NCBI GenBank assembly: GCA_030739585.1
Contig: JASLYX010000005.1
Span: 14,804-78,803 of the forward strand
Direction of reading: 5' to 3'
DNA: 64,000 nucleotides
Origin: Candidatus Bathyarchaeota archaeon
GTDB taxonomy: Archaea > Thermoproteota > Bathyarchaeia > TCS64
In this document: one piece after another, positions 20,161 through 31,038 of the stretch
Numbering within the stretch: the stretch's first letter is position 1
How the letters are laid out: each line of letters begins with the position of its first letter
Position numbers and translations under genes: made by a program
The notes under the pieces: model-generated
What the model saw: the letters and a program-made list of their open reading frames with translations, nothing else
What the model was told of the DNA's origin: nothing
The model's database searches: none

Positions 20161-21660
20161 ATGGTAATACCTTACTCCTTAGCTTTGATACTTTTAGTCC
20201 CTTTAGTATCTGCACCCATAGTTTACTATCTTGGTAAGCAGATGGGAAAGAAAGTTGGATGGATTGCACTCATCCCATTACTTATCACATTACTATTTGT
20301 TACCAACGTTGCTATAAGCATCAAGGACGGTGGATCCTATAACGAGAGTTATGTTTGGGCTCCTGCTTCGGGACTCTCATTCGGTCTGCTAGCTGACGGC
20401 TTGAGCATTTGGATGTTACTCACAGTAAATATTCTCGCCTTATTGATTTGCGTTTACTCTGTTCGGTACATGGAGCACATGTTCCAGGAGGAGGAGCACC
20501 GCACTGGCGTCTCAACTCCCAACTCGGCCTACTCTTCCTACTACACATTCTACCTTCTATACGCAGTTGGGATGCTCGGCACTGTTTTAACGACGAATTT
20601 GATCCAGTTTTACCTGTTCTACGAACTCATGCTTGTGCCCAGCTGGGTCCTCATTAACAACTATGGCTACGGGGAGCGAGAGCGGATCGGAATGATGTAC
20701 TTCATGTGGACCCATGTAGGTGCAGTAATAATGCTGGCAGGCATCCTCAGCAGCTTCTGGATCACCGGTAGTTTCGAGATCTCGGCCCTCAGCAGTATAG
20801 TCGGTAGCCCCCTTGCAGGTTGGATATCCCTCGCAATCCTCTTTGGCTTCTTTACAAAGATGGCGGTTTTTGGTCTCCACATCTGGCTGCCCTACGCCCA
20901 CGCTGAAGCTCCGACTCCAATAAGCGCTTTGCTGAGTCCAGCAATGATAGGGATTGGTGCCTACGCGGCTGTAAGGCTCGTTATTGCCCCGATGCTCGAG
21001 GTTTTCAGTCAATATAAATTGCTATTTTCAGCATGGGCCCTTCTTACCATGGTTTATGGTGGTCTTATGGCTCTAGCTCAGGACGATATAAAGAAGCTCC
21101 TTGCATATTCGAGCGTTAGCCAGATGGGCTACATATTCCTCGGACTCAGCAGTGCAACATCCATTGGTCTTACCGGGGCTATCTTCCACTATATCACACA
21201 TGGCATCTCTAAGGGTATCCTTTTCGCTATTGCTGGAATTCTCATTGTCCAAACGGGGACACGGAGCATTAAAGAACTTGGTGGATTGATAGATCAGATG
21301 CCACTTACCGGTGCCCTGTTTATCATTGGCTTCTTCGGTATCTCCGGGATCCCCCCAACGATCGGATTTATGTCAAAATGGACAATCTTCTTGGGTCTCT
21401 TTACAGGAGCGCTCGAGCATTCAATTGAGATGATCGTAATATCCGTCATCTCAATCCTCATGACCGTAATTACCCTAGGTTACTCTCTCTGGACTATATG
21501 GCGAATTTTCTTCGGTCCCCTCCCAGATCATCTGAAAGAAGTTAAGGAGGCTCCACCAATCATGACAGTTCCCCCTCTAGTCCTTGCAGTTGCGTCTCTG
21601 ATCCTTGGAATCTTTCCAGGTTTTGTCACAGATTTCCTTGTTCGTGTTTTGGGGGTTTAA
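20161..21660 (+). CDS. nuoM: NuoM-like antiporter subunit, tandem paralog 1
   Basis: IWLPYAHAEAPTPISALLSPAMIG motif; GGAGG ribosome-binding site before the ATG at 20161. Confidence 0.75.
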   Translation: MVIPYSLALILLVPLVSAPIVYYLGKQMGKKVGWIALIPLLITLLFVTNVAISIKDGGSYNESYVWAPASGLSFGLLADGLSIWMLLTVNILALLICVYSVRYMEHMFQEEEHRTGVSTPNSAYSSYYTFYLLYAVGMLGTVLTTNLIQFYLFYELMLVPSWVLINNYGYGERERIGMMYFMWTHVGAVIMLAGILSSFWITGSFEISALSSIVGSPLAGWISLAILFGFFTKMAVFGLHIWLPYAHAEAPTPISALLSPAMIGIGAYAAVRLVIAPMLEVFSQYKLLFSAWALLTMVYGGLMALAQDDIKKLLAYSSVSQMGYIFLGLSSATSIGLTGAIFHYITHGISKGILFAIAGILIVQTGTRSIKELGGLIDQMPLTGALFIIGFFGISGIPPTIGFMSKWTIFLGLFTGALEHSIEMIVISVISILMTVITLGYSLWTIWRIFFGPLPDHLKEVKEAPPIMTVPPLVLAVASLILGIFPGFVTDFLVRVLGV

Positions 21661-23145
21661 ATGATGTTTACACCATTATGGATTGCGATACTTGCGCCTA
21701 TTCTGTTCATGCCAATAGTCTATGCAATCGGCCGAAGAATCGGTAAAAAAGTTAGTTGGATAGCCCTCATCCCTCTCGCTTTTAGCGTGGTCACGTTCAT
21801 AAACTTCATGCCTACGATCTCTCTAGGGCCTATTGGCGAGTACTTCTTCTGGCTGCCAGGGCTTAGGTTTGGACTACTTCTTGATGGCTTGAGCTTGCCC
21901 ATTGTCCTTACAGTAGCCATCCTTTCTGCTTTGATCGTCATATATTCTACCGCCTATATGGAGCACAAGGTTCACGAGGAATACCACGAAGATAATAAAA
22001 AAGCCTATGCGACCTACTACGCCCTTTACCTCGCTTATGCCACCAGTATGATGGGAGTTGCTCTATCAACTAATCTATTTGAGTTCTACTTTTTCTTTGA
22101 GCTGATGATAATTCCCTCCTGGGCTTTGATAAATATATACGGATATGGGGAGAGGGAGAAGATAGCTCTGACTTACCTTCTCTGGTCCATAGTCGGAGCG
22201 GTGTTATTTGTCACAGGCGCACTTACCGCCCATGCTGTGCTACATAGTTTCGAGATCTCAGATCTAGCCAAGCTTAACGGTCATCCCCTGTCAACGTTTA
22301 TTGTTATATCCATGCTCCTAGGTTTCTTTATCAAGATGGCGGCTTTTGGCTTACACATATGGCTGCCCTATGCCCACACAGAGGCACCTACACCCATAAG
22401 CGCCCTGCTAAGCCCGGCTATGATCGGCTTGGCCGCATATGCCACAGTCAGGATTCTAGTTCCAATCCAAAGTGCCTTCCAAAGTATTCATTGGATAGTA
22501 TTGATCTGGGCATTTGTGACTATGGTTTACGGAGGTCTAATGGTTTTAGCCCAGACCGATATAAAGCGGCTCCTTGCCTATTCAAGCATGAGCCAGATGG
22601 GCTATCTTATCATCGGCATAGCTAGTAACACACCCCTTGGGATATCTGGGACTATGCTACACTATGTCAGCCACGGATTGGGTAAGGCTGCTCTCTTTTT
22701 ATCGGCGGGTGCCATAATGCATCAGAGCGGCATCCGCGATATCAGATCACTAGGAGGTCTTGCTGGGAAGATGCCAATTTCGGCCGTTGCTTTTACCATA
22801 GGGGTTATGAATATTGCAGGCATACCGCCAACGATAGGATTTATCTCTAAGATGATGGTGTTCATGGGCGCCATAAACCGGGGGTTGGTTACCTCCCCCC
22901 TCGATCTGGCAGTAACCTTCGCGGCATTAATTTCAACCGCGCTTACAATAGGATACACAACTTGGACCATACGACGCATTTTCTTTGGCCCAACACCGGA
23001 ACATCTGAATAATGTAAAAGAGGCTCCAATTACGATGACAGCTCCCTTAATCATAATAAGTGTCCTCTCTGTGGTTCTTGGCATCTATCCTAAAGTCATC
23101 CTGGACCCCCTTATTCAGATTGTCCAGGTACTAGTCCCCGGGTAA
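21661..23145 (+). CDS. nuoM: NuoM-like antiporter subunit, tandem paralog 2
   Basis: IWLPYAHTEAPTPISALLSPAMIG; the N-terminus is homologous to paralogs 1 and 3. Confidence 0.75.
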   Translation: MMFTPLWIAILAPILFMPIVYAIGRRIGKKVSWIALIPLAFSVVTFINFMPTISLGPIGEYFFWLPGLRFGLLLDGLSLPIVLTVAILSALIVIYSTAYMEHKVHEEYHEDNKKAYATYYALYLAYATSMMGVALSTNLFEFYFFFELMIIPSWALINIYGYGEREKIALTYLLWSIVGAVLFVTGALTAHAVLHSFEISDLAKLNGHPLSTFIVISMLLGFFIKMAAFGLHIWLPYAHTEAPTPISALLSPAMIGLAAYATVRILVPIQSAFQSIHWIVLIWAFVTMVYGGLMVLAQTDIKRLLAYSSMSQMGYLIIGIASNTPLGISGTMLHYVSHGLGKAALFLSAGAIMHQSGIRDIRSLGGLAGKMPISAVAFTIGVMNIAGIPPTIGFISKMMVFMGAINRGLVTSPLDLAVTFAALISTALTIGYTTWTIRRIFFGPTPEHLNNVKEAPITMTAPLIIISVLSVVLGIYPKVILDPLIQIVQVLVPG

Positions 23146-23164
23146 TGAGGAGGATTGAAGAGAA

Positions 23165-24661
23165 ATGATTAATGGTTTGCTGGCGTTTGTGGTTTTCTTA
23201 CCAATAATATCTGCGCCAATCATCTATGTTCTGAGGAAAAGATTCGGTGAAAGCCTTGATTGGGGGCCGTTCATCATCTTACTCTTCATAACATTGATAA
23301 CGGCTCCCCTTGTGTTGACGGCTCATAAGCACAACCTCCTTGAAGAATACCTATGGACGACGACACCGGTGAAACTTACGTTTGGACTACTTGGAGATGG
23401 GCTGAGCGTTCCAATACTCTTCACAATGATCTTCGTTTTTGCATTCTCCGTGTTATTCTCCATTCCGTATATGAGACGTCGGATGAAAAGAGGGGATATT
23501 GTGGAGAGTGATGGTAAATATGCTATTTACTACACCTTTTATTTACTGTATGTGGGGAGCGTTCTAGGGTCTATCCTCTCGACCAACCTCATTGAGTTCT
23601 ACCTTTTCTTCGAGTGTGCGGTGGTGTTTTCATGGTTCCTTATTTTCATCTTTGGCTATGGTAAACGTGAAAAAATATCTCTGACCTATTTTATCTGGAC
23701 CAGTGTGGGGGCGCTTTTCCTACTTACAGGGATGTTATTTGCTTACCAGTATATCGGAAGCTTTGAAATCGCTGATCTATGGAGAATATCGGAAAGTCCG
23801 ATAGGAACTTGGATCGGTTTAGCATTCACCCTAGGGATCCTTGTAAAGATTGGTGCCCTAGGACTCCATGGCTGGCTCCCAAGCACCTATGGAGAGGCCC
23901 CTACCCCTGTTAGTGCGGTCCTGGGGGCGACATCCGTTGTGCTAGGGACGTACTCCTTAGCAAGGCTGCTCGTCCCCTTCCGTGAGGTCATGTTCGGGAT
24001 TAGTGGCTGGCTTGAACTCTGGGCACTACTGACGATTCTCTACGCCGGTGTCATGGCCTTGAGGCAGAGTGACACAAAGGGTTTAGTAGCTTACTTAAGC
24101 ATGAGCCAGATGAACTATTGCTTTCTAGGCGTTTTTACTTATGTGTTCCACGGTGTCCTTGGGGCTGTTTCATATAGTATCAGCCACGGACTCGCCATTT
24201 CCCTGCTCTTTTTGGTATCCGGAGCCATACTGTATAGGACAGGTACACGAAATATGGATGAGCTAGGAGGATTAGCCGAAAAGTTACCCTCATCCATGAT
24301 CGCAATCCTTGTGGGCTTCCTAACCATTGGAGGTCTTCCACCCTCGGTTGGATTTAAGTCAAAATTTATACTCCTCACTGGCGCCTTTGAGAGAGCTCTT
24401 GTTAGCTCCCCTCTCGAATGGATAATTGCGATACTAGCGGCGACAGTAGCTACTATAGTTACAGTCGCTTACGAATTTAAGACAGTATGGAGGGTATTCT
24501 ACGGCAAGTTACCGAAACAATTCGATGATTTAAGGCAAGAACCCATTCCAATGATCGTAGCTTTATTTGCAATGAGCTCCCTACTCATATTATTCGGCAT
24601 CTGGCCCATTATCATTACAAAACCACTAGAGGTGTTCTTTGAACATTTACCGTGGGGATAA
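23165..24661 (+). CDS. NuoM-like antiporter subunit, tandem paralog 3 (more divergent)
   Basis: GWLPSTYGEAPTPVSAVLGATSVV; GAGGAGG ribosome-binding site before the ATG. Confidence 0.7.
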   Translation: MINGLLAFVVFLPIISAPIIYVLRKRFGESLDWGPFIILLFITLITAPLVLTAHKHNLLEEYLWTTTPVKLTFGLLGDGLSVPILFTMIFVFAFSVLFSIPYMRRRMKRGDIVESDGKYAIYYTFYLLYVGSVLGSILSTNLIEFYLFFECAVVFSWFLIFIFGYGKREKISLTYFIWTSVGALFLLTGMLFAYQYIGSFEIADLWRISESPIGTWIGLAFTLGILVKIGALGLHGWLPSTYGEAPTPVSAVLGATSVVLGTYSLARLLVPFREVMFGISGWLELWALLTILYAGVMALRQSDTKGLVAYLSMSQMNYCFLGVFTYVFHGVLGAVSYSISHGLAISLLFLVSGAILYRTGTRNMDELGGLAEKLPSSMIAILVGFLTIGGLPPSVGFKSKFILLTGAFERALVSSPLEWIIAILAATVATIVTVAYEFKTVWRVFYGKLPKQFDDLRQEPIPMIVALFAMSSLLILFGIWPIIITKPLEVFFEHLPWG

Positions 24662-24720
24662 CTGAATGGGTTGAACTAAGATGTTGATAAAATGTGTATA
24701 TAATGTACATCTGTTTTAAC

Positions 24721-24747
24721 GGTTAAAATAAATAAAACGATTTAACC
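24721..24747 (+). terminator. inverted repeat GGTTAAA-(13 nt)-TTTAACC downstream of the nuo operon
   Basis: Perfect 7-bp arms seen in the sequence; T-rich flanks. Confidence 0.3.
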
Positions 24748-24825
24748 GATATTGGGACGATTCATGCGCGCGATGAAAAGTATTACAGAAGTTTTTTTAA
24801 TCAAGAGCCCCTGAGCATCTAAGAC

Positions 24826-25143
24826 ATGAGTGTTGCCGTAATAGGACCCCCCTCCTTTATCACCACCTTCGAGTTGATTGGGGCTGCGGGTTTTGAGAGC
24901 AGCTCCGGGGATGCTGTAGCGCAGACTTTGGATCGTCTCGTCAACGAGGGTCAATTTCAATTCATAGTAATCCCTGAGCGCTTTGCAATACAGACACGAC
25001 CCGTCCGGGAGGCTGTTATGAGTAAGGGGGAGATTACGCCTGTCTTCGCCCTCATCCCTGACTTCACGATGGAGACTGGGATGAGAATGGAGGAGCTCCA
25101 GGAAGTTGTTTCCCTTGCTATTGGAACACGTTTAGAGCTGTGA
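24826..25143 (+). CDS. atpF: A-type ATP synthase subunit F
   Basis: MSVAVIGPPSFITTFELIGAAGF resembles the archaeal subunit F N-terminus; 105 aa. Confidence 0.7.
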   Translation: MSVAVIGPPSFITTFELIGAAGFESSSGDAVAQTLDRLVNEGQFQFIVIPERFAIQTRPVREAVMSKGEITPVFALIPDFTMETGMRMEELQEVVSLAIGTRLEL

Positions 25144-25147
25144 TGAA

Positions 25148-25480
25148 ATGGGTACGGAAAGTGTATTATCAATAGGAGAGCGCCTCCAGAAACTCTTAGT
25201 CAATGCTGAAGTCGAGGCCAAGGCCATGATTACAGAGGCACAGAGCACCACCAACGAGAAGATTACTGCTGCTAATAACGAGGCCTCTAGGAAGAGGGCC
25301 ATGGCTCAGAGGGGCACCGGGATCGAGGAGCTCCTTAAGGATGAGGAAAAGAAGGCGAAAAAGGAAGCTAAGAAGATCCTTAAGGATTACCAAGTCCAAG
25401 CTGAGGCTCTCAAGGACGTTCCGGAAGATAAAGTAAGAGAGGCTATAGAGACGGTGATGAAAGAGGTGCTCCGCCAATGA
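25148..25480 (+). CDS. atpH: A-type ATP synthase subunit H (putative)
   Basis: 110-aa charged coiled-coil protein in operon context. Confidence 0.5.
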   Translation: MGTESVLSIGERLQKLLVNAEVEAKAMITEAQSTTNEKITAANNEASRKRAMAQRGTGIEELLKDEEKKAKKEAKKILKDYQVQAEALKDVPEDKVREAIETVMKEVLRQ

Positions 25481-26121
25481 GCAAATCCACCATGGATCTC
25501 GAGGCCAATCTCATCGAAAGAGTTATCGAGCAAAGGAACAAACTCCTAGAGGATGCAGAAAACAAAGTTAGAACGATTAAAAGGTCGGGCGTAGAGGAGG
25601 TGGCCCGTATTCTCGCTAACTCTGAGGCGGAGATCCTCAGTATGATCGGCTCTGATCTCAACGCCACGAGAGACAGGATAATTGGGGCAGCCCAACTTGA
25701 GGGCAGGAAGGTCATCCTGCTAACCCGCCAGTCCATTCTAGTTGGAATCTTCGATAAAGTTCTAGAGAGGCTCCAAGGTGTGGCAATGGGAGGCGAGGCC
25801 ACTGTTGACAAAGGTCGGGTCCTCATCTCGCTAATCACAGAGGCTGCCACCGCAATTGGCGGCGAGGAATTCATTATTTCAGCGAACAAGGCTGACCTTG
25901 AGTATCTTGAAAAAAACTTAGGTAATATCCATATGGCTTTAAAGAAATCGATAGGTGAGATTAGAATCAGCGTTGACTCGGATCCCCTCAACGTCGTTGG
26001 GGGTGTTGTTGTTAGGAATAGCGACGGTAATAAGACCTACCATAACACCTTTGAGGGCAGGCTTGCAAACGTTAGGGCGAGGCTCGAGTCCGAGATCGCC
26101 GAAAATCTAGGAGTGCTGTAA
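25477..26121 (+). CDS. atpE: A-type ATP synthase subunit E
   Basis: Length and C-terminal GGVVVRNSDGNKTYHNTFEGRL motif fit the archaeal subunit E. Confidence 0.7.
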   Translation: MSKSTMDLEANLIERVIEQRNKLLEDAENKVRTIKRSGVEEVARILANSEAEILSMIGSDLNATRDRIIGAAQLEGRKVILLTRQSILVGIFDKVLERLQGVAMGGEATVDKGRVLISLITEAATAIGGEEFIISANKADLEYLEKNLGNIHMALKKSIGEIRISVDSDPLNVVGGVVVRNSDGNKTYHNTFEGRLANVRARLESEIAENLGVL

Positions 26122-27885
26122 ATGTCAATTATTGGAACAATCGAGAGAATTAATGGATCCCTCATCGTTGCCCATTTCGACGAGGAGCCAAAGATCGGCG
26201 ACCTTACCGAGGTCGGGGACCTCAGACTTATGGGAGAGATAGTTAGGCTCAGCGGGGAGACCGCTTATATACAGTGCTTCGAGGCAACTAGCGGTCTCAG
26301 ACCCGGGGAGCCGGTTGCAGACCTCGGAGTCCCCCTTGTCGCTGAACTCGGTCCTGGCCTTATGGGCCGGATCGTGGACGGCGTGGAGAGGTCAGAGACG
26401 GAGCTTTGGGAACTTACGGGGCCCTTTGTCTCCAGAGGGACTAATATCTCGCCCCTCAATAGGGAGGCAAAATGGAGATTTGAGGCTAAGGTCAAACCCG
26501 GTGACAAGGTAGAGGGGGGTAATGTCCTTGGGGTTGTCCAGGAGACGGTGTCCTTTGAGCACAGGGTGCTAGTACCCCTTAAACAGTCAGGCACCATCAA
26601 ATCAATCATGTCGGGGGAGTTCACCGTTACCGACGTCATTGGAGAGATTGCAACCAGCTCAGGCATCGTGCCAATCAAAATGATGCAGACCTGGCCAGTG
26701 CGGATCCCTAGACCCATCAAAGAACGTCTCCCTCTGGAGATGCCCCTTATGACTGGTCAAAGGGTCATCGACACCTTTTTCCCCGTGGCGAAAGGCGGTG
26801 CAGCTGCAATCCCCGGTGGCTTCGGGACAGGCAAGACGGTTACCCTTCAACAGGTTGCCAAGTGGTCTGACGCTGATATCATAATCTATATCGGGTGCGG
26901 GGAGAGGGGAAACGAGATGGCCGACGTAGTTGCCCACTTCCCCGAACTCGAGGATCCCCGAAGCGGAAGCAAGCTCATCGAGAGGACGGTCATCATCGCG
27001 AACGTCTCTAATATGCCCGTCTCCGCAAGAGAGGCCAGCATCTATATGGGAGTTACCATCGGAGAGTTCTACAGGGACATGGGTTATGACGTCGCTATTA
27101 TGGCTGACTCTACGTCACGATGGGCTGAAGCTCTCAGGGATATCTCAGGGCGTCTCGAGGAGATCCCTGCTGAGGCAGGTTTCCCCGCCTACCTCTCGGA
27201 CCGGATCGCCCAGATTTATGAGAGAACAGGCAGGGGCGTCGTTATGGGGGACGGCAGAAAGTTAGGCAGTCTCACGCTTATAGGGGCCGTATCTCCCCCC
27301 GGCGGAGACTTTAGTGAACCCGTGACCACCCATACCCTTAGGTTCATTGGTACCTTCTGGGCTTTGGATACAGACCTAGCTTACAGGCGCCACTTCCCGG
27401 CTATCAACTGGCTAAGGAGTTTTACGCGTTACTTGGAAGTTGCTGCTCGATGGTGGGCTAGCCTTGATCCTGGGTGGGAAGAATCAAGGACTCAGGCACT
27501 AAGGCTATTAGAGGAGGCCTCGGAGATCGAAGAGACCGCCAGGATAATTGGGGAAAAGGCTCTCCCGGACGAGCAGAGGCTCGTGCTACTACTGGCGGAG
27601 ATGCTCAGGGAGGGCTTCCTTGTTCAAAGCGCATTTCACGATGTCGACACCTATTGCGAGGCTGAGAAGCAGACTGCCCTACTCAAAGTGTTCATTGAGT
27701 TCTACACTAAGGTGGACCCCCTCGTGAAGTCGGGTGTACCCATTGAACAGGTGAGGGAAATGGACATCGTCACCGAACTAATGCGCCTCAAGGAGAGGGC
27801 CGGAGTCGAGCCCATAGAGCAAGCGAGTAAGGCGATCCTCAGGCAGAGGGACGCCCTCGCGGAGCGGTATGAGGTGAAACTGTAA
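26122..27885 (+). CDS. atpA: A-type ATP synthase catalytic subunit A
   Basis: P-loop GGFGTGKTV and a long conserved catalytic A/V-type sequence. Confidence 0.95.
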   Translation: MSIIGTIERINGSLIVAHFDEEPKIGDLTEVGDLRLMGEIVRLSGETAYIQCFEATSGLRPGEPVADLGVPLVAELGPGLMGRIVDGVERSETELWELTGPFVSRGTNISPLNREAKWRFEAKVKPGDKVEGGNVLGVVQETVSFEHRVLVPLKQSGTIKSIMSGEFTVTDVIGEIATSSGIVPIKMMQTWPVRIPRPIKERLPLEMPLMTGQRVIDTFFPVAKGGAAAIPGGFGTGKTVTLQQVAKWSDADIIIYIGCGERGNEMADVVAHFPELEDPRSGSKLIERTVIIANVSNMPVSAREASIYMGVTIGEFYRDMGYDVAIMADSTSRWAEALRDISGRLEEIPAEAGFPAYLSDRIAQIYERTGRGVVMGDGRKLGSLTLIGAVSPPGGDFSEPVTTHTLRFIGTFWALDTDLAYRRHFPAINWLRSFTRYLEVAARWWASLDPGWEESRTQALRLLEEASEIEETARIIGEKALPDEQRLVLLLAEMLREGFLVQSAFHDVDTYCEAEKQTALLKVFIEFYTKVDPLVKSGVPIEQVREMDIVTELMRLKERAGVEPIEQASKAILRQRDALAERYEVKL

Positions 27886-29282
27886 TGGAAACCGAACAAT
27901 CAGGGATGATTTACAAGACCACCAGTGAAATCAAGGGCCCGATTCTTATGGTGGAGGGGGTCAAAGGAGTCGCTTTTGATGAGATTGTGAACATCAGGAG
28001 ACCCACTGGAGAAATAGTGACTGGTTCTGTTTTGGACGTTAGCAGGGACTGGGCAATGGTTCAGTGTTTTGGGGACACCAGCGGGATGGACCTAAACGTC
28101 CAGATAAGGTTCACCGGGGAGACTCTAAAGATTCCAATGAGTGAGGAGCTCATCGGCAGGGTCTTCAGCGGCAGCTTCCAGCCCCTAGACGGCATACCTG
28201 TCCCACTGAGCACAGACCGGAGAGATGTAAATGGCGGGACCATCAACCCTGCAGCCAGAGATGTCCCTAGCGAGTTCATCCAGACCGGGATCAGCGCCAT
28301 CGACGGTATGAACAGCCTCGTCCGTGGCCAGAAGCTTCCCATCTTCAGCGAGTCAGGTCTGCCTCACAACGTGATGGCCGCCCAGATCGCACGGCAGGCT
28401 ACTATCCCCGGCCAAGAGACTGACTTCGCCATTGTCTTTGGGGCCATGGGAATAAAAAATGAGGAAGCAGACTATTTCAGAGCGGAGTTCGAGAAAACCG
28501 GGGCTCTGAGCAAGTCCGTTCTCGTTCTCAACCTCGCGGATGACCCACCAATCGAACGTATCGTCACCCCCCGTATCGCCCAGACTATCGCAGAATACCT
28601 CGCATTCGACTTGGGGATGCACGTCCTCGTCATCCTAACCGACATGACCAACTACGCGGAGGCACTCCGAACGATCAGCATCGCGAGGGAGGAGGTTCCT
28701 ACTCGTAAAGGTTATCCAGGCTACCTCTACAGCGACCTCGCTACTATCTACGAAAGGGCGGGCAGGATACAGGGTAGACCAGGCTCTGTAACCCTGATGC
28801 CTATACTTTCAATGCCTGCAGGGGATAAGACTCATCCAGTCCCGGACCTTACAGGCTATATCACTGAGGGGCAGCTTATTTTGGAGCGGGAACTTAGCCT
28901 CAGAGGAATCTACCCCCCAATGAATCCTCTCCCGAGTCTCAGCAGACTCATGAAAGATGGCATCGGTGAGGAGACCACTCGAGAGGATCACCAGGACGTT
29001 TCCAACCAGCTCTACATGGCTTACGCTGAGGGTACAAGAGCCCGCGGTTTAGTCCGAATCGTCGGAGAGGTGGGTCTAAGCGACAGGGAAAGGACGTGGC
29101 TAAGATTCGCTGACCGTTTCGAGCAAGAATTCGTGAATCAAGGTCCATACGAGAATAGGAGCATCGAGCAGACCCTGGGAGTAGCCTGGGACTTACTCTC
29201 AATTCTCCCCGAGGAGGACCTAATACGCATCAGGGAGAATTATATCACAAAGTACCACCCGGCTCACAAGAGTGAAAAATAG
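27885..29282 (+). CDS. atpB: A-type ATP synthase subunit B
   Basis: Regulatory B-subunit sequence; ATGA-type overlap with atpA. Confidence 0.95.
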   Translation: METEQSGMIYKTTSEIKGPILMVEGVKGVAFDEIVNIRRPTGEIVTGSVLDVSRDWAMVQCFGDTSGMDLNVQIRFTGETLKIPMSEELIGRVFSGSFQPLDGIPVPLSTDRRDVNGGTINPAARDVPSEFIQTGISAIDGMNSLVRGQKLPIFSESGLPHNVMAAQIARQATIPGQETDFAIVFGAMGIKNEEADYFRAEFEKTGALSKSVLVLNLADDPPIERIVTPRIAQTIAEYLAFDLGMHVLVILTDMTNYAEALRTISIAREEVPTRKGYPGYLYSDLATIYERAGRIQGRPGSVTLMPILSMPAGDKTHPVPDLTGYITEGQLILERELSLRGIYPPMNPLPSLSRLMKDGIGEETTREDHQDVSNQLYMAYAEGTRARGLVRIVGEVGLSDRERTWLRFADRFEQEFVNQGPYENRSIEQTLGVAWDLLSILPEEDLIRIRENYITKYHPAHKSEK

Positions 29283-29899
29283 TGTCCGCCACCACTGGAA
29301 TACGGCCCACTAAGGGCTTCCTCATGGAGATGAAACGGAGGATCGGATTCATCGAAAAGGGCACTGAGTTCCTGAAACTGAAGAGGGATCACCTTGCGAA
29401 AGAACTCACATCCTCCATTGACGTTCTAAAGGGGCGGAGGAACAAACTCCTAGAGGAGCTCCAGGTAGCCTACAGGGGTGTTACTGCGGCCTATATCAGC
29501 TTAGGTCCAACTGAGGTGACGAGTCAGGCGAGTTCTCTCAAGAGCGGCCTTGAAATAGAGGTTCTCCCTAGAGCTACTATGGGTGTAAGGTACCCATTCA
29601 TCAAGGTAGACAAAGACCCCCAGATCGCTGGGGAGCTAGACATCACGTTGAATGAGGCAGCAGAGAAGGTAATGGGTATTCTCAAGGACATCATCCAGAT
29701 CGCAGAATTCGAGGCGAGGGCCGAGAGGATCGCGGACGAGCTGGGAAAGACCAACAGGAAGGTGAACGCATTGGAGAACACCATCATACCGAGATATAAG
29801 GCAATCATTAAGTTCATCGAAGACAAGCTCGACGAGGAGGCTTTGGAGGAGCTCGTTAGGATGAAGCTCATTGGAGGTGCGTTAGCGAAACGTCGATGA
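29282..29899 (+). CDS. atpD: A-type ATP synthase subunit D
   Basis: IRPTKGFLMEMKRRIGFIEKGTEFLKLKRDHL N-terminus typical of the central-stalk D subunit. Confidence 0.85.
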   Translation: MSATTGIRPTKGFLMEMKRRIGFIEKGTEFLKLKRDHLAKELTSSIDVLKGRRNKLLEELQVAYRGVTAAYISLGPTEVTSQASSLKSGLEIEVLPRATMGVRYPFIKVDKDPQIAGELDITLNEAAEKVMGILKDIIQIAEFEARAERIADELGKTNRKVNALENTIIPRYKAIIKFIEDKLDEEALEELVRMKLIGGALAKRR

Positions 29900-30936
29900 A
29901 AATGGGCCTCCACTATGTAGTGATTAGGAGCCACGCTCTCATAGCTGACCTTTTGGCCCCAGAGGAGATGGGCAAGCTCGCAGAGCAAGGGTCTATCGTG
30001 GACTTTATCGAGAAACTCTCGGGGACTATCTACGGCACCATAATAGTCGGGGAGAGGGGCGATCCCTCCATCGCCCTGGAAAAGGAGTTCTATCTCAGGT
30101 TCATCGAGAGGATGACTAAAATCGTGGATATCACTCCAAAAAAGATGGGGGCGTTCCTCCAAGCCTACTACTATTTGAGGTTTGAGACCCTCAACCTCAA
30201 GAGGATCCTCAGGGGCAAGTTCAGTGAACTCCCTATGGAGACCATCAAAAGTTATCTCGTTCCCATGGAGCCCTACCAAACCCCAGATTATGAGGGGCTG
30301 GTGGAGGCAGATAGCATCGAGGAGACCGTGAAGATGCTCCAGGGGACACCCTACGCTGGAATCGAGGCGAGCTTGGAGGTCGCCCGACGGTACGATGCCA
30401 TTTGGCCCATGGAGCAAGCGCTCAATCAGCTATACGCCATCACCGTGCTTGAGTCTCTGGATTCTCTTTCTAGGACCGATAGATCCCTAGTTAGGAGTAT
30501 ATTGACGTTCGAGGTCAACATCGAGAACCTCCTAAATGCGATTAAGCACAGGAGGCACAGGAAGGATGACTTAGAGGCCAAAAAGATCGAGGAACTCTTT
30601 CCTATCACTTTTGACATTGACCTCAAAAAGATCAAGGCCCTAATCCATGCAGAGGATCTCAATGAGGCCATTGATGACCTCGGAGATCCCTATACCAAGA
30701 TACTCTCCCCAATATACACGGGTGACGTCGCATTGATCAGGGCTAGGGTCCGGAGGTACATCTACGAGATCGTTAGTAATCGCCGAGCCGCGAAGAACTT
30801 CGGATTCAATGTGATTATGGCGTACCTGATCTTCAGTGAGCTCGAAAAAGACGACCTCGTCGGGATAGCTTGGGGAATAACTCAGGGGATCACTGCTGAC
30901 GAAATGACTAAATATCTCTCGGTTTCTGGGCGATGA
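29896..30936 (+). CDS. atpC: A-type ATP synthase subunit C (V-type d homolog)
   Basis: 346 aa in operon position, ATGA overlap with atpD, helical-protein composition. Confidence 0.7.
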   Translation: MKMGLHYVVIRSHALIADLLAPEEMGKLAEQGSIVDFIEKLSGTIYGTIIVGERGDPSIALEKEFYLRFIERMTKIVDITPKKMGAFLQAYYYLRFETLNLKRILRGKFSELPMETIKSYLVPMEPYQTPDYEGLVEADSIEETVKMLQGTPYAGIEASLEVARRYDAIWPMEQALNQLYAITVLESLDSLSRTDRSLVRSILTFEVNIENLLNAIKHRRHRKDDLEAKKIEELFPITFDIDLKKIKALIHAEDLNEAIDDLGDPYTKILSPIYTGDVALIRARVRRYIYEIVSNRRAAKNFGFNVIMAYLIFSELEKDDLVGIAWGITQGITADEMTKYLSVSGR

Positions 30937-30940
30937 ATCA

Positions 30941-30967
30941 AGGGGATAATCCCTCTATTTTTTTCTA
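30941..30967 (+). terminator. hairpin plus oligo-T terminator after atpC
   Basis: GGGGATAATCCC inverted repeat followed by TCTATTTTTTTCT. Confidence 0.5.
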
Positions 30968-30998
30968 TAATAGAAATAATTCAATATACTAACTGGTT

Positions 30999-31022
30999 AA
31001 AAAAAATAAAAAAGAAAAAAAG
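30999..31022 (-). terminator. oligo-T terminator (minus strand) after atpK
   Basis: The plus-strand A-run aaaaaaaataaaaaagaaaaaaa is an oligo-T tract on the minus strand, directly 3' of atpK. Confidence 0.5.
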
Positions 31023-31038
31023 GGTGAAATCGTCGCGC

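Noticed and set aside
24768-24790. TCATGCGCGCGATGA as a perfect palindromic operator.
   Set aside because: The central GCGCGCG is 7 nt and not self-complementary about its centre, so the palindrome is imperfect. It is kept only as an instance of the CGCGCG motif.
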